Shown piece by piece: positions 12,699-26,402 of a stretch of DNA of 63,458 nucleotides. Positions within the stretch are counted from its first letter, which is position 1, and each line of letters begins with the position of its first letter. The notes under the pieces are model-generated. The model did no database searches and was not told the DNA's origin. It was given only the letters and a program-made list of their open reading frames with translations. Where the stretch lies: assembly GCF_006345805.1 (NCBI RefSeq), contig NW_021831845.1, positions 1 to 63,458 of the forward strand, given 5' to 3'. The translations under genes and the position numbers were made by a program. Source of the stretch: Octopus sinensis (Eukaryota).

Positions 12699-13046
12699 TG
12701 GTCTCCCTCAAGTCCAGACATCTATCCTATGGACTTTGTTATCTAGTCAGTCTTAGAGAATAATGTTTCTGCTCACTCCTCCTATTCAAATGTGTCAGAT
12801 CTGAAGAAAGCCCTTCAGTCTTCATGGCTCAAGTTGGATGAAGAGTTGGTACGGCGCTCGTACAACTTAGTGACCACTCGTTTTCAGGCTATGATCAAAG
12901 CGAACGGTGGTCATTTTGAAATGCAATTACTGCAATGGATTAAGAATTTATACTAGAACGTGTGTACCAAATTTCATTACCCTAACTTAAATTTATTTTT
13001 AATAATTAAGAAATATCAATGGGTAAACCTTTCTGAGACACCCTGT
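12699..13046 (+). mobile_element. Tc1/mariner 3' remnant with right TIR
   Basis: WSPSSPDIYPMDF…DLKKALQSSW…QAMIKANGGHFE matches the WPPxSPDLNPxDF…GGHFE C-terminus. End CTTTCTGAGACACCCTG shares the GACACCCT core with the TIR at 4019. Confidence 0.85.
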
Positions 13047-13332
13047 GTATAAATACACGTGTGTATGTGTGAGGAAAGGATAGAATGTGTGTGGAAGGAA
13101 GAATAGAGTAGGATGTTTGTGTGTATGTGTGTGTTTGTGTGTGTGTGTATGCGTTTGTATGCTTGTGTATGTTGTGTTGCAGAGAGACGAGACTATTGGA
13201 TTGGCAGCACTGTATTCCAACAAGTGATTTACTATCACCTGTAGTTGGAACATTCGTGGCTGAGCGGTGAATTAGTCTCTACTTAATACTGGGCTGGTTC
13301 AGCGTATCATGCTGTTGTTGGGACAGATCTGC

Positions 13333-13516
13333 AGTTAATTACATCGAACCCAATGATTGAATAGTGAATCATTTTATCGATTGAAGCCACATAAAAGGGG
13401 AAAAGGCGACCTGAAATTGAGCGAGATTTCACGTCAGAATGAATGTAAAGAGACGCAATAAATACGGCAAGACATTTGTCTGCCCGATGCTCTACCGATT
13501 CCGCCAATACACCACC
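13333..13516 (-). mobile_element. SINE family B, highly diverged
   Basis: Residual similarity to family B head and central domain. Confidence 0.5.
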
Positions 13517-13654
13517 TTTTATCGATTGTCAGGATAATTCTTACAGACGTATTGATTGTAGCGAGACAGACACGAGACGCGTTACAAGTTGCAGACGATC
13601 GACTGAATTAAATAAAAGAATACATGCGAGTATCAATGGAAGTACCAAACGAAA

Positions 13655-13882
13655 GGAGAAGAAGAAGAAGAAGAAGAAGAAGAAGAAGGAGGAGGAGGAG
13701 GAGAAGAAGAAGAAGAAGAAGAAGAAGAAGAATTGGAAAGAAGAAGAAGAAGGAAGAAGAAGAAGGAAGAAGAAGAAGAAGAGAAGAAGGAGGAAGAGGA
13801 GAAGAGAAGAAGAAGAAGAAAAGAAGAAGAAGAAGAAGAGAAGAAGAAGAAGAGAAGAAGAAGAAGAAGAAGAAAAGGAGAA

Positions 13883-13928
<46 letters not shown>

Positions 13929-13986
13929 GAGAAGAAGAAGAAGAAGAAGAAGAGAAGAAGAAGAAGAAGAAGAAGGAGAAGAAGAA

Positions 13987-14021
<35 letters not shown>

Positions 14022-14035
14022 ACAACAACAACAAC
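13655..14035. repeat. ~380-bp (GAA)n/(GAG) polypurine tract
   Basis: Seen directly; poly-K/R/E ORFs are artefacts. Confidence 0.97.
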
Positions 14036-14708
14036 AAGAGGACAAAATGTGATATATCTAAATGGAAGTATTGTTTGGTGTTGGGATACTAAGTCGAGTG
14101 TCAAATATGATTCTTGTGGTATTATTGTTTGTGGTATTGTTGTTGCTGTGGTATTGTTGTTGTTGTTGTTGTTGTTGGTATGGTGGTGGTGGTGGATAGT
14201 CTTTATTAGATTCTGCTGCAGTGTTTGGTAAGGTTAGGTTGTTAGAGAAAGCGGAAACCAACATTTCGTTCATATCGACATAATGGAATATAAGTGTATT
14301 AATGTTGATTACGTTCATATCTCAAGAAGGTTGCTATAATTGAGTTTATAGAGAGAAACACACACACACAGACACACAGACACACACACACACACATACA
14401 CTCAAACACAAATAGACACACCAAATACCCACATACACACGGGATATCTCGGTACATCTCCGCGTATATACATGTGTTAGGCCTATTCAAAGAGTATATT
14501 AATATGTATATATATATATATATTGTTATATTTCGGAATGGTCATATTTATATATATGTGTGTGTGTGTGTGTCTGTCTGTCTGTATGTATGTATGTATT
14601 AATGTTTGTTTTTATGTCCAGTTATAATAAAAACAATTTTACATTAATCTGAGAAGTTACTCCATACTTTTGTTGAGCTCAAATTTATTATTCTTCAACA
14701 AGAATAAT

Positions 14709-14747
14709 ACTTTCCGATGACGGGTTAGCTGGCCGAAATTTTGAAGT
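14709..14747 (+). ncRNA. Weak hammerhead-like motif
   Basis: ACTTT-CCGATGA-CGGGTTAGCTGGCC-GAAA-TTTT-GAAGT. Stem I pairs with one G-U; core has U4C; stem II poor. Confidence 0.25.
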
Positions 14748-15179
14748 CTCTATCAATACTGTTGTTGTTAAAGAACAATAAAATAATGCGTGGCTGTGTA
14801 GTAAGAAGCCTGCTTCTCAACTACATGGTCTCAGGTTCAATTCCACTGTATGATTAAATGGAGAACGAGAAAATCTTTTCGGGATCAGATCGTTAAATAT
14901 TGCATGGAAAACGGCATTAAGGCTTTAAATGCACGTGGAATTGTGCGTCGGCTGTGGGAGAATATAAGGATGTAAACTCAAATGTTCAAAAGTAGATGTT
15001 CAAAGAATCATATTCTACAAAGAAAAAAGTAGTTTTGGTTTAGATGGATACTTGAAATATATATTGCAAACAGAAGAAATATACAAGGAAGGAATATAAA
15101 TTATATGTATATCTGTTATATACGTACATAATAGTGTTTGTGTGCAAGGGCGTATATGCGTATCCGTGCTTCTCATTCT

Positions 15180-15184
15180 ATAAC

Positions 15185-15242
<58 letters not shown>

Positions 15243-15351
15243 TATAAAGTGAGAGAGAGAAGGAGAAAGATAGAGGGATGAGCGAGGGTGGTCGACAGAT
15301 CGACAGATGAAGGATAGATAGATAGGTAGATAGATAGATAGATAGATAGAT

Positions 15352-15398
<47 letters not shown>

Positions 15399-15654
15399 TA
15401 TTAATACACAGGAACTGGATCGAAGAAGCATACTTAAAAATTCATTTAGATATATTTGCAAACATACATGCAGCAAGATACAGGCATATGGCGTATGGAT
15501 TATACATCTAAAAGTGTGCGTTTCTACATATACATGTGTGCATATGTGTGTGTGTGAGAGAAAGAGAGAGAGATTGTGTATGTGTGTGTATTCTTGAGCG
15601 TATATTTACACAGTTACGCAAATCCATAACAGACACGCACTAATATATATAATA

Positions 15655-15714
<60 letters not shown>

Positions 15715-15889
15715 GTATGTATGTATGTATATACAATATATAAAATATATTATATACATATATGTATATATGTATATATGTATGTGTATATATATATATA
15801 TATATATACATACATATATATACACACATATCTATATTTATATATTATATATATATAAGTATATGTGTGGGCAAGTATCCATACGTACG

Positions 15890-15960
<71 letters not shown>
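15180..15960. repeat. (TA)n, (CA)n, (GATA)n microsatellite field
   Basis: Seen directly. Confidence 0.9.
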
Positions 15961-15961
<1 letters not shown>

Positions 15962-16418
15962 CGCTTGCACCTAGCCGCATATGCAGGCGTATAAACATAC
16001 ATATTCATGCATTATTATCATTACTGTTATTGCTGATGTTGTTGCAGATATTGTTGTTAGTGTTGTTGTTAATAGCAACCTCTTACGTGCTGCTCGACCG
16101 TTTTCATATTCAAATATTTCTTCAAGAACTGATAAATAAAGGACCACAACTGTTGTTTTTTACGCAAAATATCCGAACGAAGCAAGAAAAATGTTACAGT
16201 TTGTTGCTACACCTATCCATCAGATTGTAAAAATAATTTAAATTTACCTTTAAAGAATTATGAGAATATGGCAACGAGCTTGGAGCACGTTAGCTATTCT
16301 TTTCAATAAGATCTGTAGGTTTAGTCTTTGAATTGTGGATCGCCCGATCACTGGATTAGATTTATGTATATATTTATGTATGTATGTATATATGCATGTA
16401 TGTATGCATGTATGTATG

Positions 16419-16454
<36 letters not shown>

Positions 16455-17537
16455 TGTATGTATGTATGTCTCGTCTATTATTTAATTATTATACATCTTC
16501 CACTGAAGAGGGGGGGCGGTTTCCAACAAAGGTAAACGGTTCCATCCTTGGGATGTTGTTAACACACAAATTCACATTTGATAAAGTTATGCATATATTT
16601 ACTGTTCCACTCACAGGCACATGCATACACACACGCACACACACACACCGAGAAACACATACACGCCCACGCACACACACGCCCACACACGCATACACAC
16701 GCACACAAACGCATGTATGTATGTTTGTATGTATGCATGCAAGCACGCATATATGGATATATGCTTTTATCTCCAGGGCGGCTGTGATTAGGCAGACATG
16801 TGTCCCAAATCAGTCGCTAGTGTCTATCTTGACATTGTTCAAAGCTAGAGCTCGTTGTTCGATGCACCTGTCTTTCTTTAAGACGACGGAGTTGTTAATT
16901 GTATTTCAATTTTTTGATAAACACTTCCAACGTATTAACCAGATTCTAGTTAGTTTTCTTAGAATATTTGAGGGGAATAATTCCAAGTATCAATGTTCTG
17001 GTAATGGTTAAATTCTTTACATATTGCCAACTTTATGTCCTCTACAAGACTCCTTTACCCAAATACACATGAAATGTTTTCTTCGACCATGCACACACAC
17101 ACACACATATTATAGCACAAGCATCTGATATTAATATACATAAATGTGTGTATGTGCGTGATTGAGTGTGTACGTGTGCATGTGTGTATATGCATGAATA
17201 GAGACAAAGTGAAGTTAATTGTAAAAAGCAAATCACTCGTTAACAATGCTTGAAGGAGTTGAAGTGATGCCGTTAAGTTAAAATGTTAGCTAATTAGCGA
17301 CAGAAATTGAGGATATTGTTAATGGTAAGATGTTGATTAAATAAACGAAGGTTTCAATTGATGGCAAACAGCGATTTAATGTGGAAAATACCAACGGGAA
17401 TTGACGGAGACACCGTCGATAGTATTTAAGCTGTTGGAATCAATAAATAACAAGAGCACTCAAGCAACACCAACGTCCTCTCAACAACTGACCGGAGATG
17501 ATTTTTAAAATGAGAATATCCGAAATAAACTCGACTT

Positions 17538-17618
17538 TATTTACATTATTTACATTTGACGGATATTTGTCCTCATCTTGTTTGTTGTTAACACAACGTT
17601 TCGGCTGATATACACTCT
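17538..17618 (-). mobile_element. Hammerhead-bearing repeat fragment (same family as 36075-36185)
   Basis: Minus strand CAGCC-GAAA-CGTT-GTGTTAACAACAAACAAGATGAGGACAAATATCCGTCAAATGTAAATAATGTAAA is nearly identical to 36111-36180. The 5' half of the ribozyme is lost. Confidence 0.75.
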
Positions 17619-17669
17619 AACGTACAATTACAGTTATATATACATATGCTAATATACATTAATGTGTGT

Positions 17670-17706
<37 letters not shown>

Positions 17707-17716
17707 TGTATGTATG

Positions 17717-17774
<58 letters not shown>

Positions 17775-17779
17775 CCTAC

Positions 17780-17816
<37 letters not shown>

Positions 17817-17851
17817 CGCCAATCTACCTACCTATCTACCTATCTATCTAC

Positions 17852-17886
<35 letters not shown>

Positions 17887-17889
17887 CCT

Positions 17890-17932
<43 letters not shown>

Positions 17933-18036
17933 GTTTATCTATCTATCTATCTATCTATCTGTCTGTCTGTCTATCTATCTACCTATCTATGTATGACTCC
18001 ATGTTTTTAACTCTCTCTGTCTTTGTCTATCTCTCC

Positions 18037-18070
<34 letters not shown>
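17670..18070. repeat. (TATG)n-(TCTA)n-(CT)n compound microsatellite
   Basis: Seen directly. Confidence 0.95.
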
Positions 18071-18073
<3 letters not shown>

Positions 18074-18599
18074 GTTCCTTTATAAGGTCGTGTAAATATA
18101 TGCAAGATACGATTTTGGATGAATAATTGAAAGAACATACACAATGGACTTGTTTTTTTTTTGCGCGGGTGGGGCTGGATATTTATATTTTCTCACTTTC
18201 CCTCACAGATAAAGAATCCTTTGGGTTCATTAGATGCTTTATATCAGAGACGTAAATAAAGAATTATCTTTGCGTTCACAGACGTAAGTACCGTTTTAAT
18301 TCATATCTCCAACTCGAAGCACTGAGGCCGGGGTTTCGTATACTTTTAACTCGCTCTGATATCTTTCTTTACACATCCACACGCGCACGCACGCTCACAC
18401 ACACACACACATACACCGTACACACACACGTATATATTGATATTTGTATATTTGTACATACATCTGTGTGTGTTTTTGTATTCCCATACAAATTATACAC
18501 GCTGCCCTATCATGAATTCCCAATCCTGAGCATTTTTATTTCCATTCTTAAATTGATAAATGCATTGACATGTATTTCAGAGTCTCGAGAGAATTCTGA

Positions 18600-18612
18600 A
18601 TATGTGTATGTA

Positions 18613-18662
<50 letters not shown>

Positions 18663-18679
18663 TGTGTGTGTGTATGTCT

Positions 18680-18760
<81 letters not shown>

Positions 18761-18820
18761 TATATACATATATATATATGTATGTATATATTTATATATA
18801 TATATACATACATATATATA

Positions 18821-18886
<66 letters not shown>

Positions 18887-19030
18887 TACATATATAGACA
18901 TGCAGAGGCATACATAAGTTTATATATATTATATACACTTATACACGAGTATATGAACGTATATATATTTATACATACATATATATATATGCTTACATAT
19001 ATACGCGTGTGTGAGTATGTTTCTGTGAGT
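18600..19030. repeat. (TG)(AG)(TA)n compound microsatellite
   Basis: Seen directly. Confidence 0.9.
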
Positions 19031-20015
19031 ATGTAAAAATAATATTTTATTCTAACAGAAACAAAATTCACTCTTTTCTCCACGGGCCATTCATGATGCT
19101 TTCACAGAGGAATTTGCTATTGAAATTAACCACAACAATACTAACAATGGAACCTAGAATTATAATAGATGTTTCCTATTAATAATCGACTGTCATTTCT
19201 TGCTTTTAATCTGACCCTGTTTTGTGAATCCCAAAATAACCTGTTCAAGTTTATTTATTTTCCAGGAATACATATTTGGGGAAAATAAATATTTCCCTCA
19301 AATTTCCTTCTGCTGCAATAATATGAAAAACAATGTTTATTTTCGAAGACTCGTCGTTCTACATTTAGTTTTGTTCTGTCTTTATTTCATTCCACGTGAT
19401 AAACGCGTCCCTAAGGTAATATATTCAACAGTTTTAATTCTCTATCGTATCAAAGCAGTTTGCTTGTCTTTATTATATTGGATCTGTGAAAAATATGGCG
19501 GAATTCGCAAAAATTATTACCAATTTCCCTCTGGATTATTTCGTTACATTCATATCAGCATCAAATATATTCAATTCCTGTTTACATAGAATTCATATAT
19601 AATAAATAATGCAATTCTTATTTTGAAATACATCCTCATTTCTTTATTTCTTTGCGCTCGGAATAGAACGGATTTGATTATCAGCTTAATAAAAATTCCT
19701 TGTTTTACTTTTGATATTCTTATTATTATTATTTCTGTTAAATGGTCGTGCAATGATGTGGTAGTTAAATATACAAGGTATTGAACTCCGGGGTCATGAT
19801 TTCAATTCTGCTGTTGTGATATGTTTTTATTTCTTGACAAAATGGCTTACTTAAATCAGTGACAGTGATTAAGATGTAAATGCAAAAATATACAACGTAT
19901 CTGATAATAACGAGAATTTTATATTTATATATATATATATCCACCCTTAGGGGTTAGCCATATTCAAATGGCAAATATGCGTCACGATGTGTTTCCGCTA
20001 CTGTTTATAACTCGG

Positions 20016-20358
20016 TCCGAATCAACGGAACAGCCTGCTCGTGAAATTAACGTGTAAGTGGCTGAGCACTCCACAGACACGTGCACCCTTAACGCAGTTC
20101 TCGGGGATATTCAGCGTGACACAGAGAGTGACAAGGCCGGCCCTTTGAAATACAGGTACAACAGAAACAAGAAGTAAGAGTGAGAGAAAGTTGTGGCGAA
20201 AGAGTACAGCAGGGTCCACCACCATCCCCTGCCGGAGCCTCGTGGAGCTTTAGGTGTTTTCGCTCAATAAATATTCACAACGCCCGGTCTGGGAATCGAA
20301 ACCGCGATCCTATGACCGCGAGTCCGCTGCCCTAACCACTGGGCCATTGCGCCTCCAC
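20016..20358 (-). mobile_element. SINE family C (tRNA-Arg-like head)
   Basis: Minus strand GTGGAGGCGCAATGGCCCAGTGGTTAGGGCAGCGGACTCGCGG…GGTTTCGATTCCC, with A/B boxes and TCG at the anticodon position. Near-identical copy at 34608-34991. Possibly one of the described Octopus OR families (unverified). Confidence 0.9.
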
Positions 20359-20891
20359 CGATCAAGGATACAAGTTATATGAGTCGCATGATGTTTGAAA
20401 AGAGTCGGGATAGCCACAGCTGCAAGAGATTTGATCATATGCCTTGCTCAATAAGTATTGACCTTCACATTGCTACCATCTTCTGCATCTCCAACACCCA
20501 CTGCTCCTCATCATAAATATATAATTTCATGTTGTATTGCAGCGGAACTCATCCTGTGCGCACAAGCGATATTAAATCAAAGAGAATATTAATTCATCGA
20601 TGATTCCCAATAATATAAACAGAAACTGATATTCATTCATTATATCATTGATTTCTAACAGAAACACAAGGGGTTCGAATTTGAGAATCGCTAAAGCCAG
20701 TTGCGTATACATTGGATATTAATGGCAGTTTAATTCGTCGTTGCAGGAAAGGTAAAGAGAAAAAGCCGGTCGAGGTGGGATTCGAACTTAGAAGAAGCTG
20801 ATTTGCCAATCAATCTACCGATTCTACTATCAATCCACCAAGGTCACAGCTATTAACAATTCGGTATATTCAGATGGATGGTGAGTTATAG

Positions 20892-20971
<80 letters not shown>

Positions 20972-21020
20972 CATATACATACATACACACACACATATAT
21001 ATATATATATGTGTGTGTGT

Positions 21021-21320
21021 GAGTGCGCATGGCTCAGTGGTTAGAGCGTCGAGCTTACGATCGTGAGGTTGTGAGTTCGAATGCCGGACCGGGCTACGTG
21101 TTGTGTTCTTGAGCAATACACTTTATTTCAAGTTGCTCCAGTTCACTCAGCTGTAGAAATGAGTTGCGACGTCACAGGTGCCAAGCTGTATCAGCCCCTT
21201 TGCCTTTCCCTTGGATATCACTGATGGCGTGGAGAGAGGAGGCCGGTATGCAGGGTGACTGCTGGTCTTCCATAAAACAACCTTGCCCGGACTTGTGCCT
21301 GAGAGAGTAACTTTCTAGGG
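21021..21320 (+). mobile_element. SINE family D (tRNA-Arg-like head)
   Basis: A box TGGCTCAGTGG (21030-21040), loop TTACGAT, B box GAGTTCGAATG (21073-21083). It continues into the non-tRNA body TTGAGCAATACACTTTATTTCAAGTTGCTCCAGTTCACTCAGCTG. Confidence 0.85.
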
Positions 21321-21334
21321 GGTCTCAGCACTCA

Positions 21335-21410
<76 letters not shown>

Positions 21411-21949
21411 ATGGTATTATCAAAATACCATCACAAGTGGTAAGCGAATTATCAGCCGCACAGTCAAATTAATAAATATATACATACATATTAGATATGT
21501 ACATATATACACAAGGGTACCACATGAGTACCTATATCGCTAATGATAGAAGTCAAAAAATACTTCTGTACCACCGAATAGTCGAAAATCTATTACAGAC
21601 AAGATAGGAAAAAATATCAGTGAACAATAATAATGTCTTACCTCAAATGGGTCAGAACAAGTAAATGCTGGTCAACCTGGTACCGGTTTCGAAATTTAGC
21701 GCCAAATAGGCGCGTGATTATATATATATATAAAGTTAAAACATGGTCTGGTTTCCACGCTTTTTAACATTATGGTATTTTGACATAAAGAGAATATTTC
21801 GTACTGCCCATAAAGTTAAATTAGCGCTTTCATACATAGAGTAATCATTAGATTTCAAATGTGTTTAACTGACAGTTGAGTTCTTGACAATTTTAGTACC
21901 TCTTAGAAAGCTCCAAACAAGCTGAATTTTTGGAATATTTTTTGCCCAA

Positions 21950-22500
21950 TGCGCTTGCATCTTAAACGTCACGGGTTGCCAGGCGAATCGATATTCTGTA
22001 ACTTGTTTATATTTGTATTCTAGAGATATTTTTTAATCAACATCATTAACTGTTATGTGGTTGCCTTTTCCTCAAGAAAAGTGTTTCATTAGTTATGATG
22101 TTTTTATTTTTTTATTTTTATCTTTGTTTTATTTTTCGAAAATTTGTTTTGGTGTTTAAAATGTTTTGGTGATGCGGATTGCGTGTTACTAGAAATAGTA
22201 TTGTGTTCCTTTCATGGGTTCGTCTTTCTCGTGTTGTTCTAAGTTGTTCTATAGGTATCTCTTTTGCTCGTTGTATGCTATTTTTTATAAGTAGGAGAGG
22301 GTAATTTTGCTTGAGCAGAAATCCTTTGATTTCTATAAGTCGTGTGTTTTTGGTATTTGGATTATCGACTATAGTACAAATTTTCCTGGCTAGACAGTAT
22401 GGGATGTTGCGTTTTGTGTGTGTTGGGTGGCATGATTTGAAATTTAGGTACTGGTGTCTATCTGTGCTTTTGTAATACATATCAATAGTGATTGTGGTGT
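21950..22500 (-). mobile_element. Penelope-like element, RT C-terminus/linker (inverted segment)
   Basis: YYKSTDRHQYLNFKSCHPTHTKRNIPYCLARKICTIVD…LKQNYP…RNP, then RKRQP. Matches the PLE pattern YYKPTD..QYL.F.S.HP…K…IPY.LA.RI. Confidence 0.9.
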
Positions 22501-22539
22501 TGTTTTAATTAACCACATAACCTAAAGAAACTATGAAAA

Positions 22540-22790
22540 AAGGTAAAATTGCACATGAACAAACAGCATAAAACAGTCACAGTACCCAAGTATAATGATA
22601 ACAGATGTGGAACATGTCAATACATGCTTGCGGGTAGATCCATTACAATAAAAAAATGGGCAGATTTTTGTAAAGGCTGATATGAATTGCAAAAGAAGAA
22701 ATTTGATGTACTGTATTAAATGCTCGAATTGCGAGGAATTATATATAGGAGAGAATATTTGCTGTAGGCCATCTTTTATACCAAGACAAA
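22540..22790 (+). mobile_element. Penelope-like element, GIY-YIG endonuclease N-terminal part
   Basis: NDNRCGTCQYM…MNCKRRNLMYCIKCSNCEELYIGE: Cys-rich linker plus the PLE GIY-YIG motif (N.IY.I.C..C…YIGE). Confidence 0.85.
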
Positions 22791-24001
22791 ACGTGTACAT
22801 GATAACACTTTCAATCAGTTAAGATCAGAAGCCATGAGAACCCGTGCCTAGTATTGCATCAGGGCATTTATTATTATTATTATTATCATTATTATTATTA
22901 TAATTATTATTATTATTATTATTGCATTCTATTAAAATTCATTGTATTTTCTGAGGGAGAATCTGTTTGCTATTTCCAGCTGGTCGAATGACAAAGTAGA
23001 GAATTCGCTCGATGATTAGTCCGTATAGTTTTCGTTAGTGGAGAATTGGTACTAGGTTGGTTTTCTATCAACGAGAGAGTGACTGCATTGATAATCTGCA
23101 AAACAACACGAAATTGGAGTGTGCTTCGGGGTCTAAAAATTCGTCACGGCGCCAGCAAATGTCTGCACTATGTTATGTGTAAACTGTAAGGTTAATTTTA
23201 AACCCACCATATTCAGTATCGTTTTCAAGAGAACCGATTCGTCTTAATTGTGGAGTGAACAACAACAAAAACATATACCGCCAAAAGAGATTAAAAACAA
23301 AAGAAACTGATCCTTTTGAGTGATGTGAGGTCACATATGAGAGAGAGAGGGAGAGTGGAGAGAGGGCGGGGGAAAAGAAAGAGAAAGAAAAAGCGAGTGA
23401 GGTTTATCTCTCATCTTACCTCAGTATAAAAGATTTAATTAACGAGAAATATGTATACACTCTCTATGTTTTTTAATACGTTCATTAAAACTGTCTGCAG
23501 AAGAACTTGGCGGATAATCACATGATCAGTTTTCAAGAAAACATTAATTTCAGTAAATTTCTAAAATATATTTTGTTTGTTGCTCTTCTCCAACAGACTC
23601 CTGCTTATTCTCTGCCACCAACCAACTTTTGAAGAATTTTATTCCTAAGTGCAAAAAAAAATCGTGACCTGAATGTGAATTTGCTTCTCTCCGAGATTAT
23701 GAGATTCGATTTCTTATGTTTTTCACGAAATCACACATAACATTGTTGTTGTCGTTGTTGTCGCAAATTTCGCATTGCCAGACTTTTAATTACGAAACGA
23801 ATACGTACATAAATATGTGTGTGTGCGCGCGTTTGTGTTGTATATACAGATAAGAGGAAAAAATCTATCAGAAAGGAACTCTATCTCGCTCAAAATATCT
23901 TTTGATAAGCATAACAAATGCGCAACCGGTAAAAAGAACTTTCACCTAATTAAATACACTCTCCCTTACTTAAATTATTTTGTCAGCATTTTCTTCTTTT
24001 C

Positions 24002-24044
<43 letters not shown>

Positions 24045-24081
24045 CAACAGTATTAATAAAAATAGGATATGGAATGTGTCT

Positions 24082-24137
24082 TTATTACGTACAATACATG
24101 TTTCGACCCGCTCTGGGTCTCTTCAGGTACATCAATA
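24082..24137 (-). ncRNA. Minimal type-I hammerhead ribozyme motif
   Basis: Minus strand GTAC-CTGAAGA-GACCC(AGAGC)GGGTC-GAAA-CATG-TA-TTGTAC. Intact core, perfect 5-bp stem II, palindromic ACATGT stem III. Stem I is out of register by 2 nt. Confidence 0.65.
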
Positions 24138-26269
24138 AAAAGTCTCACTAGACATTTCTTGAGTCGGCTTACGTACCGTTATATGTCCATCAAATTCGAG
24201 AATGAGTAAAATCAGAGAAAAGTTATTGAAACGCAAAATATTCAAATATGAACGTGGAAGTTATACATTCTAGTTTAGAGAAAAATGACGTCATCAGCTC
24301 TCACTGTTGTAACTGTTAAGAGTAAGAAAAGGAAGTAGAAGTTGAAAGGAAGGCAATCGAAACTGTGCAGAGGCTTTCCTCATCATCCGTTTATACATTT
24401 TGTACAATTTCTCCATTATATATATATATATACAAGCTCAAACTTAACCATTCCAACATACTTATACAGAGAAAATCAATCCAAAAGAAAGGCAAATAAT
24501 TTTAAGCGATTATCTCCCTTACACCGGAAGAAATCACTTATTATCTAGATCACCGCTCAACGTAAACATAACGTTTTAAGAAATTTGAAAAGCTGAACGC
24601 GAAACCGGTCATTTCTTCTATACTATGTCATTGTATGAAAAAAATTTATAACATTCTTCAGACATAATGACTTAAATATATATTTTTTAACCTTTTAAAA
24701 CAAGCCTTCTGTAGTTTTTTCACTTTTTACTATTTTATATATATATAATGTGTGTGTGTGTGTGTGTACATATATTGCATTTATCTTCTTAATTCTCATC
24801 ATTTAAATTAGTTGCCTAAATGTTTTATCGTCTATAAATTAAAAAAAAATTGAAGCAAAATGTAAAGGTTTAATTTATCAATATAATTTCTCGTTTTTCG
24901 CGACCGAGATCTAGTGCCATCGATACAATATGGGTCGGTAGGAAAAGAATTTGTGGAGTTCGTTGATCACGTAGCACGGTAACTCGGAGCCTGCGGTTTA
25001 GAATTCTCCTCTGGCTCTTAGCGGCATCGTCTTTAGGCGAAGGAAAAAGAATTACCATAGACACAAACTCTATTTTGTTTACTCATTAAGAAAGGAGGAA
25101 ACAAACCGCTAAATTCCCTAATGTCGTTCTTGATGGAACAGAGCAAGGTTGTTAATTGGCTGTTTGACAGCAGTTGGTTTTACATCAACAACCATTCTTT
25201 GGTTAATTTGCTTCAGCTTAAACTTGTCTTTTAGTTGTAGACAAGGGATGTTTAGAACCGAATGTGCAATGTAACTGAATGGGTAATAAATCAGTTTGCG
25301 GCCCCGGTTTCGATCTCACCGTGCAGCACTTTGAGTGAAGGTTATTTTCATGAACTTGAGCCGATGCATACTTCGTGAGTGAAACTGGGTAGATGGAAAC
25401 TAGAAAATCAGGTTGGGTGAATTGTATTCGCAATCAAAAAGGTACACCATCATCATCATCATCATCATCATCATCATTATCAACATCAACAAATATTACA
25501 ACTTTAGAATATTTTTCATGGACCACTATTTTCCGATAACTAAGTGGATGGCATGAACACTTTCATGTCATAGTATTTTGATGTGACACGATTATTTCCA
25601 AAATCAGAGCGGTCACCGCCACGAATTTCTTGAATGTTTCTTCTTCTTCTTTATTTTAATTTTATTTCAGCCAATACTTTTAAAGATAAAAAGATGACAC
25701 CTGTGGAGACTAAAATGCGACGAGATCAAACAGTGACTAAAATACGATGAGAACTAGGCTCAGAGAACTGGTCGCTGAGTTGACGTACTCAATACAAAAA
25801 CCATTTCACCATGTAACGTATTTGACATACTTTCATCGCTGATTTTTATCCCATTCTTGCACCGAAGGAAAGAGACGGATTCCACTGGTTTCCATTTTAT
25901 GCTTCCACACCACAATCCCCTCCACCCACACACACACACACACACACAAAGGATAAAGGAAAAGGGAATAATGCACTGGCATAATTCGATAAAGTTCCTG
26001 AGCCAAATTCGGTTTTTCCCCCCCTTCCATTATTCGCATGTTTAACTTTCAGATATCCATCTCCTTTCTAAATAATTCAATTTCAATCCCCCCATCCCCC
26101 CTATAAACCCCCACCCCCCATCCCCACCCCCCAGTAATAGATTATATCTGTGAATTATGATTTGTTGCTCATTAAATCGGTTGTTTAGATTTTTTTTATC
26201 GATAACAATATGGCTAATTATCAAATTTAATGTCGAAAAAAAGCAATTCATAGCCAGTTGCTGTTGTTA

Positions 26270-26292
26270 TTGTTGTTGTTGTTCTTCTTCTT

Positions 26293-26331
<39 letters not shown>

Positions 26332-26371
26332 TTTATTTTTATTATTTTTATTATTACTACTATTATTATTA

Positions 26372-26402
<31 letters not shown>

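Noticed and set aside
17396-17408. GGAATTGACGGA match to a conserved SSU rRNA motif
   Set aside because: Only 12 nt; flanks show no rRNA similarity.
21021-21095. tRNA-Arg gene
   Set aside because: A/B boxes are present but the acceptor and anticodon stems do not pair, and the sequence continues into a SINE body. The same applies to the heads near 20290-20358 and 34920-34991.
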